DNA from: an uncultured bacterium
GTDB lineage: Bacteria; Methylomirabilota; Methylomirabilia; Methylomirabilales; JACQHM01
Length of the DNA: 64,000 nt
Reading direction: 5' to 3'
Assembly: GCA_964535215.1 (NCBI GenBank)
Contig: CAZHST010000001.1
Span: 82,621-146,620, forward strand
How positions within the stretch are numbered: the first letter of the stretch is position 1; every line of letters starts with the position of its first letter. The notes under the pieces are model-generated. The model worked only from the letters and a program-made list of their open reading frames with translations, had not been told where the DNA came from and ran no database searches. Shown here in pieces: positions 34,507 to 43,396 of this stretch. Made by a program: the position numbers and the translations under genes.

Positions 34507-36632
34507 TCCTCTCGTAAGGCTTCTTCGATCAGCTCCATCACGTCCCTGATGACGATCTTCCCCTCCAACCCTGTGGTTTTGACCGCGTCCTGAAACATGA
34601 CCAGGTCTTTGGGGCAGGCGACGACAAGGGTAGAAACCCCAGGGAGGCGGGCGGCTTCGCGTACCCGGCTCTCCGCCGGGCGCTCTTGGATGCCGGGGAT
34701 GTCCTCCATCCAGATCCTCCCCCCGCCTGCCCCGCAGCAGTAACTGTTGCTACGATTCCTCGGCATCTCCACCAGGTTGACCCCCAGGGCTCTCAGCACG
34801 AGGCGGGGAGGGGCGTAGACCCCGTTGCAGCGCCCCAAGTAGCAGGGGTCGTGATACGTGACGGTTAGGGTCAACCTCCTCCGAAGAGGCAGCTTCCCTG
34901 CTTGAATCAGGCGGTCGAGGAGCTCCGTGGAGTGGAGCACCCTCGCCCCCTTCCACCCGTTGCCCTCATGTAGGGGCTGGGCCTCTGGGTCAGCCCGTTC
35001 AGCATACTCATTCTTCAAAGCATGGTACGTGTGAGGATCGGTCGTCACCACCTTTTGGAACCGCGCCTTCTCCAAGGTTTGCAGGTTCTTCTCCTTGAGC
35101 GTTTCAAACAACCCCTCTTCCCCCACGCGGCGGACATCGTTCCCGGCGTTCCGTTCGCCCTCGTAGAGGATGCCGAAGTCCAGCCCGGCAGCATGGAAGA
35201 CCCTAGCGGCGGCCCGCGTCACCTCCTGCGCCCTGGGGTCGTAGGAGGCATAGTCGCCGACAAACCAGAGGTACTCGACCGGCTCTTTGCGGGCATCTTT
35301 GATCTTGAACGGAAGCCCTTGGGTCCACTTAGCCCGGGTACGCTCGGACTGGCCGAAGGAGTTGCCGTAACGGGTCAGGTTCATCAGGGCCTCTTGCAGC
35401 CGCTGGTCCACCTGCCCCTGCGAGACGAGGTACCGTCTCATCTGCACGATTAAGGGGACGTGCCGGATTCCCACCGGGCACCGATCAACACAGGAAAGAC
35501 AGGTCGTGCACGACCATAACCAGGGTTCCGGGACAACTTCGCCTGCCAGCAGAGGTGGGTTGCCAGGGGTGGCCGCTGCCGTCGCTTTCTGCCGTGGACG
35601 ATAGAAGCTTTTGTCCGCATAGGACCTCAGGACGAGGATGAGGTCGCGGGGTGATAAGGGAAATCCTGAATTGGCTGCCGGGCAAGCGGCATGGCACCGC
35701 CCGCAGCGGGTGCAGGCATCCAGCATCGCCAGTTCGCCGCGGGTCAGGTCTTCGAGCCGGGCGTACCCCCCGCTCTCGCTCTGGATCGGTTGGGGCAGCC
35801 TTCTCCCCGCCCCTTCACTCTTGAGGGCCAAACTGTACCAAGCCACCAGCATGTGCCACGCCTTGCTATAGGGGAGATAAGCCACGAGGACCAGGGCGGT
35901 GCCGGCGTGGAAAACCCAAACGTAGGCGAAGGCCCCTTGTACCAACTCAGGGGAGACTCCTGCACCAGCCAACCCCTGGCCTAAGACCCATCCCACAAAA
36001 GAGGCACGCTCAAAGGCGGGCTGAGTGGCATGAATGCGCAGCGCTTCCACCACAAAGCCCCCCACGCCAATGACCAGGAGCAGCAACAGGAAGAACCAGT
36101 CCTCACGGACAAGGGAGACAGCGGAAGGAAAGATGGGTGCATCCTCCCTGACAGCATAGCGCAACTGGGGCAAGGGAAACAGCCAGCGCCGCAGGATCAG
36201 CATCAAGAGCCCGATCAGCAGGAAAAGGCCAAAGAGGTCCGCCGCCCAGGAGAACTGAAGGTAGAACGGACCCTTCAGAAACCTCCATTGAGGGGCCAAA
36301 AGCCCCAGGACGTCGTTATCCAGCAGGACAATCAACGTCGCGAGGAAAAGCACGCCGAAGCCCCAAAACACCAAGAGATGGGCCAGCCCTGCATACCAAT
36401 CCCCGCGCAAAATGGTCCGGTTGAGGAGGATGGCCAGAGCGACGCGGCTGAACCGGTTCAGGGTCAATCTCTCCTCTGGTTCTCGGCGCCCCTGATGGTA
36501 TTGGTGCACCTTTCGATACACACCGTAGAAGAAGACCGCCAGGGTCGCCGCACTCAGCAGGTAAAAGACCACCACCAACCAAACCGGCAGGGAGTAAAAG
36601 ACTGGACGCTCAACCGCTCCTGGCCCTGGCAT
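34503..36632 (-). CDS. Membrane-bound FeS oxidoreductase: N-terminal multi-TM (cytochrome b/NarI-like) domain fused to an HdrD-like 2x[4Fe-4S] plus two CCG domains (EMO/HdrF type)
   Basis: About six N-terminal TM helices; CTRCGRCHAACP and CTTCLSCVDRCP. C-terminal CCG motif (YCCGAGGG). Adjacent to etfAB. Confidence 0.8.
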   Translation of the reverse strand: MPGPGAVERPVFYSLPVWLVVVFYLLSAATLAVFFYGVYRKVHQYHQGRREPEERLTLNRFSRVALAILLNRTILRGDWYAGLAHLLVFWGFGVLFLATLIVLLDNDVLGLLAPQWRFLKGPFYLQFSWAADLFGLFLLIGLLMLILRRWLFPLPQLRYAVREDAPIFPSAVSLVREDWFFLLLLLVIGVGGFVVEALRIHATQPAFERASFVGWVLGQGLAGAGVSPELVQGAFAYVWVFHAGTALVLVAYLPYSKAWHMLVAWYSLALKSEGAGRRLPQPIQSESGGYARLEDLTRGELAMLDACTRCGRCHAACPAANSGFPLSPRDLILVLRSYADKSFYRPRQKATAAATPGNPPLLAGEVVPEPWLWSCTTCLSCVDRCPVGIRHVPLIVQMRRYLVSQGQVDQRLQEALMNLTRYGNSFGQSERTRAKWTQGLPFKIKDARKEPVEYLWFVGDYASYDPRAQEVTRAAARVFHAAGLDFGILYEGERNAGNDVRRVGEEGLFETLKEKNLQTLEKARFQKVVTTDPHTYHALKNEYAERADPEAQPLHEGNGWKGARVLHSTELLDRLIQAGKLPLRRRLTLTVTYHDPCYLGRCNGVYAPPRLVLRALGVNLVEMPRNRSNSYCCGAGGGRIWMEDIPGIQERPAESRVREAARLPGVSTLVVACPKDLVMFQDAVKTTGLEGKIVIRDVMELIEEALREE

Positions 36633-37618
36633 CAGGTTTCTCCTCCCCCTTTCATTGCCTTCACTTTTTCAAGAAGAGGCGGCACGATATCAAACAGATC
36701 GGCGGTCACGCCAACCTGGGCAATGTTGAAAATTGGAGCGGCAGGATCGGTGTTGACGGCGATGATCAACTCAGCGTTCCTTATGCCTTCCTGATGCTCG
36801 GGAGCCCCGCTAATCCCCAGCGCAAGGTACAGCTTTGGCTTGACCTGCTTCCCCGACTTCCCGACCTGCCGTGAGAGGGGCAGCCACCCCTGGTCAATCA
36901 CCGGCCGGGAGCCGCACACGGCCCCACCCAGGGCCTTTGCCAGCTCCTCGGCCAGGGCCAGGTTCTCCTGACGCTGGATCCCGCGTCCCACCGCCACCAG
37001 GATGTCCTGCTGGGTGATGTCCACGTCACCCGCCTCCGGCTCGATGTACCGTTTGAACCGTACCCTGGAGGTCTCAGGCAAGGAGACGGTGACCTCTTCA
37101 AGAGGGGGCGTCTGCTCCTCCTCCCTTTTACCCGGAGGCCTGGCCCCGGGCAGGATGCCGAGAATTGTTGGTTCCCCCGGGGCAGCGGCCGTGACCTCTA
37201 TCTTGCCACCATACATGACGCACCGGGCCTGAAGTCTCCCCTCCACGACCCACACATCCTGGCAAAAGTTGAGAAAGGGGGCCTGCAGTTGGGCCGGGAG
37301 CAGCGTGGCCACATCCAGTGACACGTTGGTGAGCGGGACCAGGAGACTCCCCGGCCGTTTCTCTTTGATCAGGTGTGCCAGCGCCTGGGCGTAGGGTTCC
37401 GGTGCCGGCTCGGCCAGCAGGGGATGGTCCGCGTAGAGCACGGCGTCCGCTTTCCCCAGATGGTACGCTAGGTCTTTCACCTTGTGGCCGAGGAGCACCG
37501 CCTGGAGGGGGACCTCCAGTTGATCGGCTAACTCCCGACCAAGGGTTAACAGCTCATACGTCACCTCGGAGAGCTGTCCTCTCCACTGCTCTGCCAGCAC
37601 CCAGATGTTTCCCGCCAT
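36632..37618 (-). CDS. etfA: Electron transfer flavoprotein alpha subunit
   Basis: ATG at 37618. C-terminal FAD-binding signature LYLALGISGAPEHQEGI..AELIIAVNTD..API. Confidence 0.85.
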   Translation of the reverse strand: MAGNIWVLAEQWRGQLSEVTYELLTLGRELADQLEVPLQAVLLGHKVKDLAYHLGKADAVLYADHPLLAEPAPEPYAQALAHLIKEKRPGSLLVPLTNVSLDVATLLPAQLQAPFLNFCQDVWVVEGRLQARCVMYGGKIEVTAAAPGEPTILGILPGARPPGKREEEQTPPLEEVTVSLPETSRVRFKRYIEPEAGDVDITQQDILVAVGRGIQRQENLALAEELAKALGGAVCGSRPVIDQGWLPLSRQVGKSGKQVKPKLYLALGISGAPEHQEGIRNAELIIAVNTDPAAPIFNIAQVGVTADLFDIVPPLLEKVKAMKGGGET

Positions 37619-37631
37619 GCTGATCACCCTC

Positions 37632-38417
37632 CTAGAGCAGCCCACGGGCGACAAGGATTTCGCAGACCTTGCCGGCGATCTCTTCAGGGGATCCCGCCAG
37701 CATCTCCGCGCGCCCGGCCACCTCCGGCTTCGCCATCCGAAGGACCTGGACCGGGGCCAGCCCACCGTTCGCCATGGTGGGGGCGGGCACGGCTTCAATC
37801 CGTTGGGACTTCATCGCCGCCCGCACCTTCGCCACCGGCACATAACGGGGAGGCTTCTCCGCCGCCTGGATGCCCAGAATGGCCGGGAGGGAGATTTCAA
37901 ACTCGCCCCGCACCCCGCCCGGAAACTCCTTGAGCAGGATGGCCCGGCTCCCGGCCATGTCCACCTCCACCTGGGTCACCAGTCCTAGGTACGGGAGTTT
38001 CAACCAACTGGCGAGGAGAGGAGCGACCATCCCGTCCAGATCATCAATGGCTTGGCAGCCGGTCAGGATCAGGTCAGCCGGTAACAGGTTGGGGATGGTG
38101 GGAAGGAGCTGGGCGAGGAGGGAGGCAACCGTGTGGGTACTCGGCCCCACCCCATCGCCGGAGATCTTGATCGCCCGGTCTGCCCCTTTGGCCAGCGCGG
38201 TGAAGAGCACGTCGTCAATTTCGGGGGCGTCCAGCGCCACAGCGGTCACCGTCCCCCCGTAGCGCTCCTTCAACAGCAAGGCCTCCTCCAGGGCGTGCTC
38301 GTCCCGCTCGCTCAAGATCATCCGGAGGAACGACGGATCCAGCGATCGGCCATCAGGCGCGACGGCCAGCTCCTCCACCACATCGGGCACCATTTTCAAA
38401 AGAACCAGCATGTTCAT
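37632..38417 (-). CDS. etfB: Electron transfer flavoprotein beta subunit
   Basis: ATG at 38417. MNMLVLLKMVPD...LSERDEHALEEAL...LILTGCQAIDDLDG is typical of EtfB. Confidence 0.85.
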   Translation of the reverse strand: MNMLVLLKMVPDVVEELAVAPDGRSLDPSFLRMILSERDEHALEEALLLKERYGGTVTAVALDAPEIDDVLFTALAKGADRAIKISGDGVGPSTHTVASLLAQLLPTIPNLLPADLILTGCQAIDDLDGMVAPLLASWLKLPYLGLVTQVEVDMAGSRAILLKEFPGGVRGEFEISLPAILGIQAAEKPPRYVPVAKVRAAMKSQRIEAVPAPTMANGGLAPVQVLRMAKPEVAGRAEMLAGSPEEIAGKVCEILVARGLL

Positions 38418-38449
38418 GGCATCCCTCGTCCCTATCCTCCGCAATCCCT

Positions 38450-39655
38450 TTAACCCTCTATGGCCTCTGCTACCAGTTCCACCACATCCCTGACCACCAT
38501 CCGTTTGTCGTAGCCCAACACCTTCAGGGCATCTTCGAACCGGGAGACCTCGTAGGGGCAGGAGACGGCGAGGACATCGGCGCCGGTGGCCACCGCTTCC
38601 CTGACCCGTCGTTCGGAGAGCCTCTCGTGCCCCTTGGCCTTGTAGTACGTGTCCAGCCACATCCCGCCGCCCCCCCCGCCGCAGCAGATCGAGTTGAGGC
38701 GGTTGTGGGTCATCTCCACCAGTTTGACGCCGGGGATGGCTTGAAGGAGCCTCCGGGGTTCTTCGTAGAACCCGTTGTGCCGACCCAGGGCGCAGGAGTC
38801 GTGGTACGTCACCGTGGAGTTCAGCCTCCTGGTGAGCAGGGGTTTCAGCCGGTCCAGGTAGCGGGCAAAAAATGTCGTGGTGTGCTCGACCTCGTAGGCG
38901 AACCCAACGGCAGGGTATTGATGCTTGAAGGCATCGTAGGCGTGGGCGCCGGAGGTGACGATGCGGTTGAACCGGTACTTCCGGAAGATCGCCATGTTGG
39001 AGTCCATCAGGGTGTCAAACAGCCCGGTTTCCCCCAGCAGGCGGGCACACTCCCCGGCGCACCTCTCCTCGGGACCCAGGATGGCGAAGTCAAGGCCCAG
39101 GGCATGGAAGAGTTTGGCGGTGGCGCGGCTGTTGTCCTGGCCCCGGGGATGAAAGGAGGGGTAACACTCCACGAACCACAGCACGTCCGTCGGTCTGGGG
39201 TCCTCCGCCAGGATGCGGACGGGTACCTCGGCACTCTTCACCCACGCCGCCCGCTTCCGTGGCGATTCCCCCATCGGGTTGCCGTAGCGGAGGGTGTTCT
39301 CCAGGGCCTTTTGCAGCTCCCCCGGCACCTCGGGGAGACGGGCGAAGGTTTGCTCTTTTACCAGCGGCAGCAGCACCTCGGTGAGCCGAATCCCCCGGGG
39401 GCACTTCGCCATGCACGCATAACAGGTCACGCAGTTCAGCAGGCTGTCGCTTTCGAAGACCTCCTCCAGCATCCCGGCCCGGAGCATCCCGATGATTCTC
39501 CGGGGCGGATACTCCATCACCTCCCCGTAGGGGCAGGTGCCCGCACACACCCCGCACTGGATGCAGGTCAGGACCTTCCGTCCTTCGGGAAACTCGTGAA
39601 GGTTTTCCAGGGTCAGCTCACGGATCGCGTTCAGGGTGGCTGCTGCCTCTCCCAT
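38450..39655 (-). CDS. HdrD-like cytoplasmic FeS protein (2x[4Fe-4S] plus two CCG domains)
   Basis: ATG after AAGGAGAGG. CIQCGVCAGTCP and CVTCYACMAKCP; CCG motif ICCGGGGG. Confidence 0.85.
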   Translation of the reverse strand: MGEAAATLNAIRELTLENLHEFPEGRKVLTCIQCGVCAGTCPYGEVMEYPPRRIIGMLRAGMLEEVFESDSLLNCVTCYACMAKCPRGIRLTEVLLPLVKEQTFARLPEVPGELQKALENTLRYGNPMGESPRKRAAWVKSAEVPVRILAEDPRPTDVLWFVECYPSFHPRGQDNSRATAKLFHALGLDFAILGPEERCAGECARLLGETGLFDTLMDSNMAIFRKYRFNRIVTSGAHAYDAFKHQYPAVGFAYEVEHTTTFFARYLDRLKPLLTRRLNSTVTYHDSCALGRHNGFYEEPRRLLQAIPGVKLVEMTHNRLNSICCGGGGGGMWLDTYYKAKGHERLSERRVREAVATGADVLAVSCPYEVSRFEDALKVLGYDKRMVVRDVVELVAEAIEG

Positions 39656-39695
39656 GGTTTTCCTCTCCTTGCCTCGCCGGTTCGGCGGCACCATG

Positions 39696-40934
39696 TCAAG
39701 AAGCCCCAGCGTGGGGCGTGCTTCCGGTTTCAGAGCCGTCGGTCCGTGACCTTCCTATGGGTTGTTCGCCCCAAAAATCCCGATGGTGAGCCACGAGAGT
39801 TGAGCCTGGCTTCAAGGACCATTCCTGGCCTGGGAAGACCGGGAGATGTTTCACCGCCAGCGAGAAGAGGGCAAAGCCCCCAGCCACCAGGGCCATGGTC
39901 ACGGCCACCTCGGAAAAGGAGGGGAAGTAGCCGGCCTTCAAGAAACCCTCCAGACCCGTCGTGCTCACGGTCAGCCGGTTTAGGACAAAGCCGAGGACGA
40001 CAAGGGTGGCGGAGAAGTAGAGGCCTAGAGGATCCTGCCTCACCCTCGGGATGGAGAGGAGGAGAACCGGGAGGAGAACCCCCCCGAGGACCTCCAGGAG
40101 GAAGAGGGAGCGCTCCTGGCCGGGGGTCGAGAGAAGGGCCAGGACGCCCCGGTCGGATAAGTCCTGGAACCGTAAGATCGCATAGATCACGAGGACGATG
40201 ACGATCGGCTTCGCCAGGTCCGAGAGGAGGGGAAGCTCCATCCTCGTTCCGAAGGCCCGGGCGCTCAACCGCGCCTCGATGATCACCATGCTGAGCCCGG
40301 CGGCGATGGCGGAGAGGAAGAAGAAGATGGGGAGCATCCTGGAGTACCAGAAGGGGTGGAGCTTCCCGGGGACGATGAGGTACAGGGAACCCAGCGATGA
40401 CTGGTGGAGGGTCGAGAGGAGGACCCCCAGGACGACCAGGGGGATGGTGATGGAGCGGATGAGCCTCCAAGGGGTCTTGAGCTTCAGCCGCTCGAAGACG
40501 ACGGGGCTGAACTCCAGGGCCAGGACCGTTGTATAGAGCATCACGCACCAAGCCACCTCGAACATGACCGAGTGAGGGTTCCACAGGACCAGGGGATGCC
40601 AGATCCGGTCCGGCCTCCCCAGGTCGAAGAGGAGGGCGACGATGACCAGGAGATAGCCCAAAAAGGCCGTCAGGATGGTGGGCCGGAGGATTGGCTCGAA
40701 GCGTTTGAGGTGAAAGAGGTAGACGGCGGCGGCGATAACGAACCCCCCTGCCGCCAGCCCGACGCCGCAGAGGACGTCGAAGCCGATCCAGAGGCCCCAG
40801 GGGGACCGGTCGCTTAGGTGCGTGGCGGCCCCCAATCCCCGGGTGTAACGGATGAAGGTGGCGTAGAGGCCCAGGGCCAGGAGGATGGAGAGGATTCCCT
40901 TCCAGAACGTGATCTTCGGGGCTCTGATCCTCAT
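39696..40934 (-). CDS. NrfD/HybB-family integral membrane quinone-interacting subunit
   Basis: 412 aa, about 10 TM helices. N-terminus WKGILSILLALGLYATFIRY..GLGAAT.LSD..PWGLWIGFDV is typical of HybB/NrfD. Confidence 0.8.
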   Translation of the reverse strand: MRIRAPKITFWKGILSILLALGLYATFIRYTRGLGAATHLSDRSPWGLWIGFDVLCGVGLAAGGFVIAAAVYLFHLKRFEPILRPTILTAFLGYLLVIVALLFDLGRPDRIWHPLVLWNPHSVMFEVAWCVMLYTTVLALEFSPVVFERLKLKTPWRLIRSITIPLVVLGVLLSTLHQSSLGSLYLIVPGKLHPFWYSRMLPIFFFLSAIAAGLSMVIIEARLSARAFGTRMELPLLSDLAKPIVIVLVIYAILRFQDLSDRGVLALLSTPGQERSLFLLEVLGGVLLPVLLLSIPRVRQDPLGLYFSATLVVLGFVLNRLTVSTTGLEGFLKAGYFPSFSEVAVTMALVAGGFALFSLAVKHLPVFPGQEWSLKPGSTLVAHHRDFWGEQPIGRSRTDGSETGSTPHAGAS

Positions 40935-41704
40935 CAGGACCCTCCTTCATCCTGATCCGGTGGGGTTTCTCCCCCCACCTGGCGAAGCTCCTCCAGCCTG
41001 ATCCGCCGGTTGGTGATCCACCAGATGCCGAAGAGGAAGACGCCTCCCAGGAGGATCGTGTTCGGGATCTTGGAGAGGACCTCCCAGGTGAGGGTTGGGA
41101 GCGGCTCCTTCCCCAGATCCCCCCTGAACCCCAGGTGCTCAAAGGGGAGACTGGCGAGGAACAGGACCGAGGTCCCTCCTGCCTCCTCCAGGCCGTAGAT
41201 ATGAGGGGTGTACCTTTCGGGGGAGGCCTGGATCCTCCGCTTCGCCTCCCGGATCAGCTCGTCCCGCTCGCCGAAGAGGGTCGCCCCCGTGGGGCAGGCC
41301 TCGGCGCAGGCCGTCGGCCTCCCTTCCAGAACCCGGTCGGCGCACATGTCGCACTTCATCACCCGGGGGAAGAGCGTGTCCCATTCGTACCTCGGCACCT
41401 GGAAGGGGCAGGCCAGCATGCAGTACCGGCAGCCGATGCAGCGATCCTTCTCGTACACGACGGGCCCCATTGCGGTCTTCCGGAAGGCGCCGACGGGGCA
41501 GACGGAGGCGCAGGTCGGGGTCTCGCAGTGCATGCAGAGCCTCCGGACATGCACCCCGTGTTCCTCGCGGACGATGGTCAAGGTCCTGGCCGAGAGGTCC
41601 TGCTCCACTTCCCCGGGGAGGCGGTTCTTTTCTTTGCAGGCGAGGGTGCAGGCCCCGCAGCCGATGCAAAGCGTCGTATCAATCAGGAGGGCTTTTCTTC
41701 CCAT
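40934..41704 (-). CDS. 4x[4Fe-4S] ferredoxin subunit (HybA/HmcB/DsrO-like) with a C-terminal TM anchor and no Tat signal
   Basis: ATG at 41704 after GGAGGA. The first cluster motif, CIGCGACTLAC, begins at residue 12. CMHCETPTCASVCP and CIGCRYCMLACP. C-terminal helix ILLGGVFLFGIWWI. Confidence 0.85.
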   Translation of the reverse strand: MGRKALLIDTTLCIGCGACTLACKEKNRLPGEVEQDLSARTLTIVREEHGVHVRRLCMHCETPTCASVCPVGAFRKTAMGPVVYEKDRCIGCRYCMLACPFQVPRYEWDTLFPRVMKCDMCADRVLEGRPTACAEACPTGATLFGERDELIREAKRRIQASPERYTPHIYGLEEAGGTSVLFLASLPFEHLGFRGDLGKEPLPTLTWEVLSKIPNTILLGGVFLFGIWWITNRRIRLEELRQVGGETPPDQDEGGS

Positions 41705-42414
41705 CCCATCCTCCGAGGGGTCCTGACCAGGGCGAGAAACGCCTCCTGGAACCATTGCCAGGCGTCGTCGTCCATCTTCTCTAAGAGCCCCTCCATCACC
41801 AACCCCCCGTCGGCGGCGGTGGCCCCGAGGATCTCATCAGGGGCAAGGTGCCGCGCGACGAACTCGACAAACCGGCTGACTTCCCGTTCAAGCCACCGGG
41901 CGGCCTCCTCGGCAATGGCCAGGTCCTTGAGCTCCCGGGCAAGGGCCAGAGGTTTCATGACCACCACCCAGCCCTCCTGATACGGGTCTTTCTTCAAGGC
42001 CTCGGCATCCCCGATCAGGCGGGGATTCACCGCGGTGATGATCCCGCTCAAGGGGGCGGGGAAGGAGGCCCTCCGCTCCCCCTGATGGATGGCAAAAATC
42101 CTTTCCCCTTGCTCCCTCTTCTCACCCACCCTGGGGAGCTGGACGTGATCAATGCGGCCCAGGACCTTTGCGGCGAACGCGTCGGCCCCGACCTTCACCT
42201 CCCCTGAGGGGAGGAGATGAGCCCAGGTGTGACCCGGGTGGAAGAAGAGGCCCGAGGGAAGGGGAAGGGACTCGGCCCGGAGGCCGAAGGACCAGGGGGA
42301 AGGGATGGGGTTCTGGAGGTTTTCCTGAGGGGAGGGGAGGGGTCTAAAGCGTTCGGTGACAAGATCCAGGAGGACGAAGGCGATGATCAACGAGACGACG
42401 AAGATGGCGACCAT
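41683..42414 (-). CDS. Membrane-anchored GcvH-like protein, paralog 1 (no Lys at the lipoylation position)
   Basis: N-terminal TM helix, then a GcvH fold signature: FFHPGHTWAHL...VKVGADAFAAKVLG...PLSGIITAVN...DPYQEGWVVVM. By hand alignment, Glu/Arg replace the lipoyl Lys. Confidence 0.65.
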   Translation of the reverse strand: MVAIFVVSLIIAFVLLDLVTERFRPLPSPQENLQNPIPSPWSFGLRAESLPLPSGLFFHPGHTWAHLLPSGEVKVGADAFAAKVLGRIDHVQLPRVGEKREQGERIFAIHQGERRASFPAPLSGIITAVNPRLIGDAEALKKDPYQEGWVVVMKPLALARELKDLAIAEEAARWLEREVSRFVEFVARHLAPDEILGATAADGGLVMEGLLEKMDDDAWQWFQEAFLALVRTPRRMGWEEKPS

Positions 42415-42430
42415 GCTCCGCTCCTTCGAA

Positions 42431-42730
42431 TCAGATCCCCCGCTTCCCCTCCACGAGGCGGACCTTGACGTGCACAAGCCCCTTCCAGACCTTGGCGCCG
42501 AGGAGGCCGAGGAGGAAGAGGAGGGCGATCAGGGGAAAGAGGACGATGTAGAGCCCTCCGAGGAAGGGGCCCAGGAAAGGCATCAGGGCGGGAGGGATCG
42601 GCAGCCGGATGTAGAGGGATCGCTCTGTCCCCTCCAAGATCCCCCCTCCTTTCGGGACGGCCTGCGCCTCCCAGGTACCCTGCTCCAGGTAGAAGCCCTG
42701 GGGGGCCCACATCCCACCCCGATACCGCAT
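42431..42730 (-). CDS. Small membrane protein of unknown function (paralog of 47527..47838)
   Basis: ATG after GGGGAGGTG. MRYRGGMWAPQGFYLEQGTWEAQAVPKGGGIL, then a hydrophobic hairpin. About 40% identical by eye to the other copy. Confidence 0.55.
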   Translation of the reverse strand: MRYRGGMWAPQGFYLEQGTWEAQAVPKGGGILEGTERSLYIRLPIPPALMPFLGPFLGGLYIVLFPLIALLFLLGLLGAKVWKGLVHVKVRLVEGKRGI

Positions 42731-42745
42731 GGTGAACACCTCCCC

Positions 42746-43396
42746 TCAGGCGGTGTAGAAGAAGGCCCTGACGAGGGTCTCCCACTGCTCCTCGCTGAGC
42801 ATCGCGGGAGGTTTGGGGATCAGCTCCCCGCCGTCGGCTGCGGTCACCCCCAGCTCCCGGTGGAGGAACAGGGAGAGCCGGTCGGTCTCCCGCTCCAGCC
42901 ACGCTTTGGCGGCGGCGCCCGTCGGAAGCCTTGTGAACCGCCGATCGGGCACCTGGGCGGCGAAAAGCCACCCCTTCCCGTACGGGTCCCGCTCCAACGC
43001 CTCCCCATCTTCGGCTAAGGCCTCGTTCACGGCCGTGACCACCCCGTCCACCGGGGAGAGGAGCCTGGCCTGTTTTTTTCCGCAGTCAAGCCGGACGGCC
43101 GCCTCCCCCTCCAGGACCAGGGACCCCTCCGGAGGGAGACTCACCTTCCGGATGCCGTCTAAAAGCCTCCGGCCGAAGTCGTCGAGGCCGATCCGGACGG
43201 TCCCCTCTCCTTGGGGCATGACCCAGGTATGGCCCGGGTGATAGTACAGGCCGGGGTGGAGCCAGAACCCCCTCACCTCTTCAAGACCCATCCTCCAGTG
43301 CCGGACCCGCTCGTGACCCTTCTCCCCGAGCAGGAACAGGCCCCACAGCGTGAGGAGCAGGAGGCCTAAAAGGGCGAGGGTGCAGGCCAGGATCAT
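42746..43396 (-). CDS. Membrane-anchored GcvH-like protein, paralog 2 (Lys retained at the lipoylation position)
   Basis: N-terminal TM helix. YYHPGHTWVMP...VRIGLDDFGRRLLG...LDCGKKQARLLSPVDGVVTAVN...DPYGKGWLF. The first K lies 8 residues before P, as in ESVKAASDIYAP. Confidence 0.65.
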   Translation of the reverse strand: MILACTLALLGLLLLTLWGLFLLGEKGHERVRHWRMGLEEVRGFWLHPGLYYHPGHTWVMPQGEGTVRIGLDDFGRRLLDGIRKVSLPPEGSLVLEGEAAVRLDCGKKQARLLSPVDGVVTAVNEALAEDGEALERDPYGKGWLFAAQVPDRRFTRLPTGAAAKAWLERETDRLSLFLHRELGVTAADGGELIPKPPAMLSEEQWETLVRAFFYTA

